Shown here piece by piece: positions 24,861 to 35,282 of a stretch of DNA of 64,000 bases (position 1 is its first letter; each line of letters begins with the position of its first letter). The position numbers and the translations under genes are program-made. The notes under the pieces are model-generated. The model did not search any database and was not told the origin of the DNA. It saw only the letters and a program-made list of their open reading frames with translations. Source of the stretch: Macrostomum lignano (taxonomy: Eukaryota). The stretch is taken from NCBI GenBank assembly GCA_002269645.1, contig NIVC01001552.1:186001-250000 (forward strand), read 5' to 3'.

Positions 24861-26184
24861 TATCTAGCCTAATGCATACACTCTGGTCTACTTCACTTTA
24901 CTTTAAAAAAATAATTAACTCAGATTCAGAAAACATTTCTCAAATATTTATTGAACAACTCACTATTATATGCTTCACTTATTATTGAAGCATAGTGAAA
25001 CATATTGCTTTGTGGCTTGAAACTGCAAACCAGGTTGCCTCTTCTGGCTCCTAAAATGCATCTATTAATACTAATTTTCATCATTGTTAATAGCAAAAAT
25101 TAAATTGGGAAAATATTTAAAGAAACACAAAAAGTAAAACAAAAAGCTTTTCTTACTTTTGCGCAAGTCTAAAATGCATACTAGGCCCCTAACATAAGAT
25201 TTTCATACATAAAACAAGAGGGGCCTTCTTCACATGTATTATAATATATAAGACAAAATAATGCTAGTTTATGATTATGTCTAGCTCCCCCTTACTATTT
25301 GTCTTTATATATAACTATTGAATTTTTATAATGTTTAAGTTTTATCTGGCCTAAGTAGGCCTACTAAATTATTCTATACAAAAATCTCAACAATGCCAAT
25401 ACTGAATAGTCAATCAGGCAATATTCAATATTATCCCACATTAAATATATTAGGCCTAGTTTACATTGATTTTCAATAGGCCTATTATGGAAGGTCTCTT
25501 TTTATCCTTTATTTGTACACAAAAATCAAACTTCATTTGCTATTTTAAAGTCCACATGTTTTTAAGAAAACAATTCATTTAAATACTTATATTTCTCAAA
25601 AAATTTTGCAATCTATTTTTTTAAATGAACTGAAATTTTAATATAGGCCTAAATAGATGCAATTTTTAGGCAAAGAGAAGCATGCTTATTTGAGCTTCAA
25701 ATCAGCTGTCAACCTTAATGGTTAGTTAAGAAATCTATTAATGAGTTCCAAAGAAATATTTTAAAAAGTGTTTTTCTGAATTATTTAATTTTACAATACA
25801 GTAAAGTAAAAAGAAGTGTATACACTGTATACTATTGAGTAGTAGAGTGTTGGAGGAAGAATAAACACAAAGTAGATCTCAAAACATATAAGGGCTGTGA
25901 CCCTCTGATCTCAATAATGCCTAGGACTAGAAAGATTATATATGCAACATATACTAGTAGTAATAATAGTAATATACTGCTTAGGCCAAACTAACATGTT
26001 ACAAGAATAACTGTAAGAATACTACTAGTATAAAGTAGAAATATTACTAATACACATATAAAAGATAATCAGTGCTTAGAATAATTTTTATATAAACACT
26101 TAGACTTATACTCAGTATGATTATTAGACATACTTAGACAATTACTTCAACTAATTCTAAGAAAGCAGAAGCCAATTCTAAGAA

Positions 26185-26735
26185 ACGATCGCCACCCACT
26201 TGCATTAACTGGGCAAGGTGCACAAGTTGACTCAATGGGTACCCCATGAATTTCTAACCGGGACCACTACTCTTCTCTCCTATCGGCGCACGCACAATTG
26301 GCCAAAGTCAATTGTTACTGGCGATGAAAAATGGTGCTTATACGTGAACATCAAGCGTCGACGGTCGTGGGTGGATGCTGACACGACCTCTGAGCCACAG
26401 CCTAAAGCCGGACTCCACCCCCGCAAGGTCATGCTGAGCATTTAGTGGGACTGTAAAGGTGTGATCCTCCACAAGGTGCTGCCACCCAACACATTGATTA
26501 CAGCCGACCTGTACTGCCAACAGCTGGACAGATTGGCCGCCGCCATCGCACAGAAGCGACCAAATCATGGCCCGGTCTGATTCCTGTACAATAACGCCCG
26601 CCCCCACACTGCCAAGATGACTCGCCAAAAGTTACTGGACCTTGGCTGGGAACTGGTGCCTCAGAAATTCTACGCTGATGGCATTATGTCTCTGTCTGAA
26701 AAATGGCAGGTGATTGAAAAAACTCCATATTTAAA
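26185..26735 (+). mobile_element. Mariner (Mos1-like) transposase pseudogene fragment
   Basis: WVPHE, IVTGDEKWCLYVN, GLHPRKVML, LY.QQL.RL and NARPHTAK.TRQKL..LGWE motifs. Stops at 26443-45 and 26578-80. An internal deletion removes the YSPDLAPSD region before KFYADGIMSL.EKWQ. Confidence 0.92.
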
Positions 26736-26753
26736 AAAATACTCAGTTTGGAA

Positions 26754-26916
26754 CATACATGCGCAACTTTGGGATTCACCCGGCCGTTTCTATTGGCAAC
26801 ACACGCATGTAAGTCGCTATTGGACAGAACAGTAGTCACGTGACTGCTCTCAGCCAATAGCGACTTACATGCGTGTGTTGCCAATAGAAACGGCCGGGTG
26901 AATCCCAAGGTTGCGC
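26754..26916. mobile_element. Palindromic (foldback) element related to the 22622 MITE
   Basis: 63-bp arms (26761-26823 and 26854-26916) with one mismatch. It starts with CATACATGCGCAAC, the same terminus as the MITE, and has a central GTCACGTGAC palindrome. Confidence 0.85.
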
Positions 26917-27418
26917 CCAAGCATGGTTTGGAAGAAGGTTCTAAAAATTGCGAGAACTTTCTCGATAACCGAATACCTATATATGTTGAGTTGTTGGTAT
27001 AGTGTAAATTTAATTAACATATAAACATGATTTTATAATGTTTTTATTGGCTCTATGTCTAGACTAGCTTTTGAGAACTATAGCTTGTACGAGCGTATAA
27101 AGCATATCATTAAGAATTAATAAAGTTTGGACAGTTGGTGCTATAATCTGGACAAATCTTATTGCCCGAAATATTTGTTCATGGCAATGACCTCCGGACA
27201 ATGACCGGCCATTTTCTGGAGGTAAAAAAACAAGACTGGACAACAATACCATAGGCGAAAAAAGTAACACGAAGCGTGAAATTCTTATATTTATTGAAGT
27301 CCAACAAAAAATGTTCCAACAATAACACTGCTTAGTCAATTGAGTGCAAGTCTAACCTATGGTCATGTTCTCATCACGACAGCAGGAGAAAGTCCAGAAA
27401 ATACGACGGTTGAGTCCA

Positions 27419-28875
27419 TTACTCAAATTTGCAACCATTGAATGAACAGTTGTGGAAACTGTACCTGACCGACGGATTGTCATGACTGATGCCGGTGATC
27501 TGCACGGAAGACGACACAGGTACTGGCACCGGTGAACTCTCACGCAATGGAGTCGCAACAGCTTGTGAAGAACCATTCAAATTAAGTGCCATAGAAACAG
27601 CCTCACTGGTAGACTGCAGCGAGCGATCACGGCGCTTGGACAGGTAACGGCGAGTTGTCCTCTCAGAAACCTGACCGGTTATCGACATGATGTCAGCCAG
27701 GTTGTACCCAGCAGCCTCTAGATCAGCAATCCTGCTCACTCTACAACAGAAATAAAGTATTGCATAGAAAATATGCAACTGGTTTAAAGCAATATGAAGA
27801 AAAAGGCTTACCGAATGCAATGATTCGTGTACATCTTGGACAAACCGGCCTTCTCGCTCAAGTTTCGCATGAAACGCAGGAAGTAGTTCTCCCCGCGATT
27901 CTGCTTTGTTGAGAACATAGGCTGTCCATTGGAATCCGTGTTGGATAGTGGACGCGGGAACAGATGGTTGTCCTTGGTTGTTGGAGGTAGCAGTTGTAGA
28001 TATCTCCTCACTTTGGCCGTGTCGTAGATCCGAGCTTGTTTGTTGTCCGGCCTGGCCTTCGCCTTCACAGGATCGGCTGACTTATTCTTCGTTGGCAGAG
28101 CAGGAAGACAGTAGTACTCCTTGCCGTCAGAATCCGTGTGCAATTCAAGCGAGTCCCTTTGTCTCAGGAACTTCAGATGCTCCTGGCCACGCTCTCCAAA
28201 GGAGTAAAGAACATAGAACAGAAATTTAGCCTGCTCGATTTCAGCCGTAGTCCCTTCAAAGTAGCACCGCAACTTCTGCATGTCGCCTTCTTCAATTGGT
28301 TCATACTGCCTGGTGCAGCCACCATCTCGATGGAAATCACGAACCTTGACACGCAGCATCTCGTTGCAGGAATTGAATTCCTCACCACCGATTATATCGA
28401 CAGGCAGCTTCAGAACCATGCGTAGGAAACGCTGAATTCCAGCCCGGATACAGATGAGAGAGGCCGGCGAGTAGAACGAGCCATCCTGTTTCTTCAGCTT
28501 GAAGTAGAAGTACCGAAGATATTGGTTCAATGTAGGATTGTTGACATGCTGAATGTTGCGCAGATTCTCCCCTTCCAGGAAGTCTCGAAAACGTTGGCCA
28601 TGCTGGTACATCTGCTTCCGAGTATCCTCAGGCAGACTCTCGATCTCGATTCTGTCCATCTCGGAAACGTCTATCTTTTCATCTCCATCGATCATTGGCA
28701 GCCCAGTATCAGCTGGACCATTTTGGACATACTTCAGGAACGCATCGAAATCTTCGTCGTGCCGATCAACGGCAGAGGATTCCGAGAGGAAGTTCAGTTC
28801 ATCCTGCGTGATGTTGCCGAGGTCCTCACACGGGAGGTTACCCCAATTAATATAATGTATTATCGGGTCGCTCAT
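27419..28875 (-). CDS. Crypton-type (DUF3504-like) tyrosine recombinase, 461 aa, two exons (28875-27812 and 27740-27419)
   Basis: LRYFYFKLKKQDGSFYSPASLICIRAGIQRFL, GERGQE (Arg), TKN (Lys), YTNHCIR (HxxR) and ITGQVSERTTRRY (Tyr nucleophile), with a C-terminal FHNCSFNGCKF tail. A 71-bp phase-2 intron (CG|GTAAGC...TTGTAG|A) joins the two ORFs with no stop. AATAAA lies at 27295-27290. Confidence 0.88.
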
Positions 28876-29116
28876 GATGGACAGAAAACTCTTGAATCAA
28901 CAGGTTTGGACAGACTACTTACTGCCTGGGAATCCCTCACACAAACCCCTTCACCCCCACTGAAAGTTTTGCCATAGACATTTCAACCCTCCATTCAATC
29001 AATAGGATTGTCATTGCCATGAACTCTCCACGCCTTTTGGCTTTCGTGCCATAGACGTTTGTGCCTCCTCCTTCTGGGCCACTTCGATTCGTGCCATAGA
29101 TATTTCCTGCAATGAA

Positions 29117-29218
29117 GTTAACTGGAAGAGAGAACTCCAGGCAACGGCCAAATTTCCACTCGCGGCTAGCGCCGCTCGTGGCTTTGGCCGTTGCCTGGAG
29201 TTCTCTCTTCCAGTTAAC
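29117..29218. repeat. Perfect 36-bp inverted repeat with a 30-bp spacer
   Basis: GTTAACTGGAAGAGAGAACTCCAGGCAACGGCCAAA (29117-29152) and its exact reverse complement (29183-29218). The spacer contains an inner GCGGC...GCCGC hairpin. Confidence 0.97.
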
Positions 29219-29293
29219 CCCCAATTACATCTGGCACAGATTAAGGTGAAACTAATTTCTAACTGCCAATGCCACTGCAGCCACCTGATCAGC

Positions 29294-32200
29294 ATGTCAG
29301 ACCTGGAAGCCACAGCCCGTCCCAGCTCAAAAAAACAGCGGCTTGATGCAGGGCCAGATGGTCAGGAGTTTCCAGACTCGCCACTTGCTGTGAGTCTGAC
29401 CTTGGAAATTCGCATTTGTATAGTTGCAAGAATAATCTGTTAAAGTGTTGTGCAAAAAAATCTGTGCAATCACTGCGAGTTGTCAAAACCACTCGCAGGC
29501 CGCCGACTGCTGCCCCATCGAGTGGCTGCCCACCGAGTTGCTGGAGCGGGTGCTGACCGAGCTGGACCAGACCAGCCTTGGCCGATGTGCTCAGGTGAGC
29601 AGGCTCTGGCACCAGGTCGTCATGCAGCCACTGCTGTGGACCAAAATCCACATTGACGGGTCCAATTGGGAAGTGCGGTCCAAGAATTTAGTCGATGAAA
29701 TTGTCAAGCTGCCTCAGCTGCTGTTCGCATCTGCCAATTTGACCTGCCTCAGTCTGGACCACGTTGAAGTCTGCTTAGTTAAGTCCCTGGTGACTCTGGC
29801 GGGCCGCAGATGCCCGAACCTGCGGGAGCTGCGCCTGATTCGGTGCGGGATGTCGCTGACCACCAAGTCGCTAAACAGCCTTCTGGCCGGCTGCCCCAGC
29901 CTCTCGCTGCTGCAGATCGAATGCAAACGGCTGCAGTATGCCGTGGACTTGGACTGTGCGCCTCTGCTCACTAAATTGGTGCAGCGCCTGTCTAGCTTGA
30001 AAGTATATATTGATAAGTTTGGCGAGGAATTTGATGAGTATTATCTGCGACCGTTCTTTGGCCATGTTGCAGAGTTTCCGCAGCTCGCCAGCCTCTCTAT
30101 CCAAATTATTGAGTTCTCCGGTGAGTCTTTTTTGTCTGAGTATCTTCACGTAGACAGAACCTCGCCCAGCAGCTCGGACTCAACTCGGTGCTCAACTCAT
30201 TCCTTTCAGCTATGCTGCAGCTGCTGGCTCGGATGCCGAGTCTGACGCAGCTGGAGTTGAACTCTTCTCTTCGGCTTTGCGGGGCCGATTTGCTGCTGCC
30301 GAGGTCGCTGCCTCCGCTGCGCCATCTCAGCATCTGCTGCGAGTTGGATAAAGACGCTGCTGGAATCCAGGAGCTGCTGGGCGGCTTCCCGCAGCTGCAG
30401 AGCCTCCAGCTAGAGCTGGATTCTGCTGGCCGAAGCCTGCCCACCTCCGAGGTCATCGGGATTCTGCGTATTTTACCTGCCAACCTGACCGACCTGCGTC
30501 TGAGACTGTATGCTTATGCTGAGTTAAACGACACGGAAGAGGCTGACTGGGCCAAGCTGCTGCCGCCCCGGCTGTGGCGACTGGAGCTGGAAGGACACAA
30601 AATCATTCAAGGCACCGGGCTTGAGCTGATGAAGTCATTGGCCTGCCGCTCAAGTGAGTGGGTCAGTGGGTGTGTTGGTGAGGGAGCTGCTCAGGTGAGT
30701 GGGTGTGTTGGTGTGAGCTGCTCAGGTGAGTGGGTGTGTTGATGAGGGAGTTGCTCATGTGAGTGGGTGTGTTGATGAGGGAGTTGCTCATGTGAGTGGG
30801 TGTGTTGGTGAGGGAGCTGCTCAGGTGAGTGGGTGTGTTGATGAGGGGGCTGCTCAGGTGAATGTTTGTGTTGATGAGGGAGCTGCTCAGGTGAGTGGGT
30901 GTTGGTGAGGGAGCTGCTCAGGTGAGTGGGTGTGTTAGTGAGGGAGCTGCTCAGGTGAGTGTTTGTGTTGATGAGGGAGCTGCTCAGGTGAATGTTTGTG
31001 TTGATGAGGGAGCTGCTCAGGTGAGTGGGTGTTGGTGAGGGAGCTGCTCAGGTGAGTGGGTGTGTTAGTGAGGGAGCTGCTCAGGTGAGTGGCTCAGTGG
31101 GTGGGTGGGTTGTGTGTGAACTGCTCAGGTGTGTGAGTGTGCTGATGAGGGAGCTGCTCAAGTGAGTGGGTGTGTTGATGAGGGAGCTGCTCAAGTGAGT
31201 GGGTGTGTTGATGAGGGAGCTGCTCGGGTGAGTGGGTGTGTTGATGAGGGAGCTGCTCGGGTGAGTGGGTGTGTTGATGAGGGAGCTGCTCAAGTGAGTG
31301 GGTGTGTTGATGAGGGAGCTGCTCAGGTGAGTGGGTGTGTTGATGAGGGAGCTGCTCAGGTGAGTGGGTGTTGGTGAGGGAGCTGCTCAGGTGAGTGGCT
31401 CAGTGGGTGGGTGGGTTGTGTGTGAACTGCTCAGGTGTGTGGGTGTGCTGATGAGGGAGCTGCTCAAGTGAGTGGGTGTGTTGATGAGGGAGCTGCTCAA
31501 GTAAGTGGGTGTGTTGATGAGGGAGCTGCTCGGGTGAGTGGGTGTGTTGATGAGGGAGCTGCTCGGGTGAGTGGGTGTGTTGATGAGGGAGCTGCTCAAG
31601 TGAGTGGGTGTGTTGATGAGGGAGCTGCTCAGGTGAGTGGGTGTGTTGATGAGGGAGCTGCTCAAGTGAGTGGGTGTGTTGATGAGGGAGCTGCTCAGGT
31701 GTGTGGGTGTGTTGATGAGGGAGCTGCTCAAGTGAGTGGGTGTGTTGATGAGGGAGCTGCTCGGGTGAGTGGGTGTGTTGATGAGGGAGCTGCTCGGGTG
31801 AGTGGGTGTGTTGATGAGGGAGCTGCTCGGGTGAGTGGGTGTGTTGATGAGGGAGCTGCTCGGGTGAGTGGGTGTGTTGATGAGGGAGCTGCTCGGGTTA
31901 GTGGGTGTGTTCATGAGGGAGCTGCTCGGGTGAGTGGGTGTGTTGATGAGGGAGCTGCTCGGGTCAGTGGGTGGGTTGTGTGTGAACTGCTCAAGTGAGG
32001 GTACTTTTAACCAAGGAGCCAATAGAACTCATGATTTCCAATTGTTACGCAGCTCTGGCTGAGCTGAAAATCGATTTCTGCACCGACGACCTGCTGCGGG
32101 CTCTGCTCTCCCAGCTGCCCCGCTTGCGCAGCCTCTGCATCACCGACTGCAGCCGCCTGACTCGCCAGGCCTGGGCAAATCTGCGAGACCTGCAGACCAG

Positions 32201-32494
32201 CGCTGCCTTCCAGTGCGACCTGCACGAGTTCGAGGCCTTCGGTTGCGATTGCAGCCTTTGTGACGAGGGAGTGGCGGCTCTGTGCACCAGTCCGATCGCC
32301 AGGGCCTGCGGCGGCTCTGCCTGCAGCCGGACAGGTGCAGCCGCCAGCTGACTGCCGCCTCTCTCGCCAGCATTGCCAGCGGCTGTCCGTGGCTGACCCA
32401 GCTGGCTCTGAACGCGGAATTCTCCGATGCTGAGCTGCAGGCCTTTTGTGCTTCCTACCAGCACAGCGTGAAGGTTAGCCGCTATATGTACTAG
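29294..32494 (+). CDS. F-box/leucine-rich-repeat (FBXL-like) protein (exons 29294-29389, 29499-30120, 30210-30653, 32053-~32494) with an apparent 1-nt frameshift at ~32303
   Basis: F-box IEWLPTELLERVLTELDQTSLGRCAQVSRLWHQVV and multiple LRRs (CPNLRELRL, CPSLSLLQI, MPSLTQLEL, FPQLQSLQL, LPRLRSLCI, CPWLTQLAL). Introns are GT-AG and phase-compatible. The 3' end is uncertain because of a possible extra donor AAG|GTTAGC. Confidence 0.85.
30655..31995. repeat. 33-bp intronic minisatellite containing GTGAGT donor motifs
   Basis: Unit GATGAGGGAGCTGCTC(A/G)(G/A)GTGAGTGGGTGTGTT, roughly 35-40 copies. Confidence 0.96.
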
Positions 32495-32574
32495 TGACCC
32501 GCAACTGGCACAAGTTCCATCCATCCAGCCACTTCCATCACGTTGAGTTTAACATCATTTTATCTGTCTATCCC

Positions 32575-33265
32575 ATTGCTCAACCTGTTTATGCAGTGCT
32601 CAACCTGTTTATGCAGTGCTCAACCTGTTTATCCCAGTGCTCAACCAGTTTATCCCAGTGCTCAACCAGTTTATCCCAGTGCTCAACCAGTTTATCTTAC
32701 TGCTCAACCAGTTTATCCCACTGCTCAACCAGTTTATCCCAGTGCTCAACCAGTTTATCCCAGTGCTCAACCAGTTTATCCCAGTGCTCAACCAGTTTAT
32801 CCCAGTGCTCAACCAGTTTATCCCAGTGCTCAACCAGTTTATCCCACTGCTCAACCAGTTTATCCCACTGCTCAACCAGTTTATCCCACTGCTCAACCAG
32901 TTTATCCCAGTGCTCAACCAGTTTATCTTACTGCTCAACCAGTTTATCCCAGTGCTCAACCAGTTTATCCCACTGCTCAACCAGTTTATCCCAGTGCTCA
33001 ACCAGTTTATCTTACTGCTCAACCAGTTTATCCCAGTGCTCAACCAGTTTATCCCACTGCTCAACCAGTTTATCCCACTGCTCAACCAGTTTATCCCACT
33101 GCTCAACCAGTTTATCCCACTGCTCAACCAGTTTATCCCTGCAGTGCTCAACCAGTTTATCCCAGTGCTCAACCAGTTTATCCCACTGCTCAACCAGTTT
33201 ATCCCAGTGCTCAACCAGTTTATCCCACTGCTCAACCAGTTTATCCCAGTGCTCAACCAGTGTAT
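32575..33265. repeat. 21-bp minisatellite
   Basis: Unit TGCTCAACCAGTTTATCCCA(G/C), ~32 copies. Confidence 0.96.
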
Positions 33266-33469
33266 ATGCATTTGTTTCAGGTTTTCTACTGCATTTGCTT
33301 CATTCTCATACGTCTCTATAAACTGAGCTAATATGTTTATAGGCTCACTTTTTATTGTTGTAATTCGCTGCACCTTGCTATTAATTAAAAAGGTTTTACA
33401 CGTCAGCATACGTTCAAGTTTTTCGCGCGTGTATTATTGGTGCTTTGGTAATTGTCGCCCTCTAAACAA

Positions 33470-34280
33470 TCACTTTCATTTGATTGGCTGGTCGCAGTGG
33501 ATTGGATTGGCTGGTCAGAATGGGTTTCATTGGATGTGCAGAATGGGTTTCATTGGATGTGCAGAATGGAATTAATTGGCTGAAAATAATAAGTTTGATT
33601 GGCTTTTGAATTGGTTTGATTTGATTGGCTAGGCAGAATGAATTTGATTGGCTGGGCAGAATGGATTCAATTGGCTGAGAAAAATGGATTTGATTGGCTA
33701 GACCAAATGGATTATATTGGCTAGGCAGAATGGATTTGATTGGCTATGCAAACTGGATTTGATTGGCTGGCAGCGTGGATTTGATTTGATTGGCTAGGCA
33801 GAATGAATTTGATTGGCTGGGCAGAATGGATTCAATTGGCTGAGAAAAATGGATTTGATTGGCTAGACCAAATGGATTATATTGGCTAGGCAGAATGGAT
33901 TTGATTGGCTATGCAAACTGGATTTGATTGGCTGGCAGCGTGGATTTGATTGGCTGGCAGCGTGGATTTGATTGGCTGTGCAGAATGGATTTGATTGGCT
34001 ATGCAAACTGGATTTGATTGGCTGGCAGCGTGGATTTGATTGGCTGGGCAGAATGGGTTTGATTGGCTGGGCAGAATCGGTTTGATTGGCTGGGCAGAAT
34101 GGGTTTGATTGGCTGGGCAGAATGGGTTTGATTGGCTGGGCAGAATGGGTTTGATTGGCTGGGCAGAATGGGTTTGATTGGCTGGGCAGAATGGGTTTGA
34201 TTGGCTGGGCAGAATGGGTTTGATTGGCTGGGCAGAATGGGTTTGATTGGCTGGGCAGAATGGGTTTGATTGGCTGGCTG
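33470..34280. repeat. ~23-bp minisatellite with a GATTGG (CCAAT box) core
   Basis: Unit GGGTTTGATTGGCTGGGCAGAAT and variants. Confidence 0.93.
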
Positions 34281-35282
34281 TCAGATGGGCTGATTTCCTC
34301 AGGTCTTCAAAATAGAGTCGTGCAGTTCAGTGAACTGCTGTAATCAGTCGTGCTTCAGGTCAATCTGCAGGTTTTTTTTCCAAATCTAGGAGTAAATAGT
34401 CTAACAACCTTTATTTAAGTTAGGATTATTTATTCATTTAAAAACATTGTATCGAAATGTACTTTTATAGCTTAGTAAAACGGCGACTGCTAGGATAATG
34501 AAATCTTTCAGTAAAATAGCCCTTGCATACCATACTCGTATATGACGTACACATATTACTAATACATGTAAAATTATATACAACAATTACAGTTAAATTT
34601 TAAATTCTCTAGCAAGTCTATACGTGTACTGGTAAAGCAAGCAAGTATGCTTTAAAACGGTAGAATTACAAAAGCTATGACGGATTTTACTGTTTTCAAA
34701 ACGATAATTTTACTAGCGCATTATAACACAACGATTAAGTTTTCCATGTACAATGCCATGTACGAACAGTTTGCTTAATTCCTTAAAAAACCACATTTTG
34801 ACAAAACATGCTTTGGTGCAAATCATGTATAACATTGCATATTGTGGCTATTAAATTAAATTACGTGTGCATGCAAAAATGGATCCAAAATTTGATATAC
34901 AGAGATTAGGTGTGCCCAGCAAATTTATAAATACATTGGCAAGAGTAAAATCAATAATATTATTTTATTATAATTTATCAAATATAAGTAAGAGCAATTA
35001 TGAAAGCTTAAAGCTAAAAGATTCGTTTTATCGGTAGCTGCAGGTGCAAAAATCAGATTCACAAATGATGCAGTTCTATGTACATGTACATCTGTTAAGC
35101 CTGAACTGCACGCGTGTTTGAATGTGTGCATGCATGACGTCATAATAATATCAATCCGGAAAATAAAGGCTCTCGTTATCAAAATTAAACATCCCATATA
35201 CTAAAAATGAAAATTATATTCTATTGATACTTGGGTTAACCAAAAAATATTTACGCTAAAATCTATAAATTTATTCGCTTAA

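Noticed and set aside
27419-28875. Bacterial or phage integrase contamination or HGT
   Set aside because: The gene has a spliceosomal GT-AG intron and a poly(A) signal, and its motifs fit eukaryotic Crypton/DUF3504 proteins.
28138-28977. Plus-strand ORFs overlapping the Crypton
   Set aside because: Antisense shadows of the recombinase ORF with no independent motifs.
30726-33409. Repetitive ORFs (GCVDEGAAQVS, AQPVYPS, LNQFIP, INWLS)
   Set aside because: Open frames arise because the 33- and 21-bp units are multiples of 3. The 33-bp array lies inside a GT-AG intron whose flanking exons splice in frame; the 21-bp array lies past the F-box stop or in a possible further intron.
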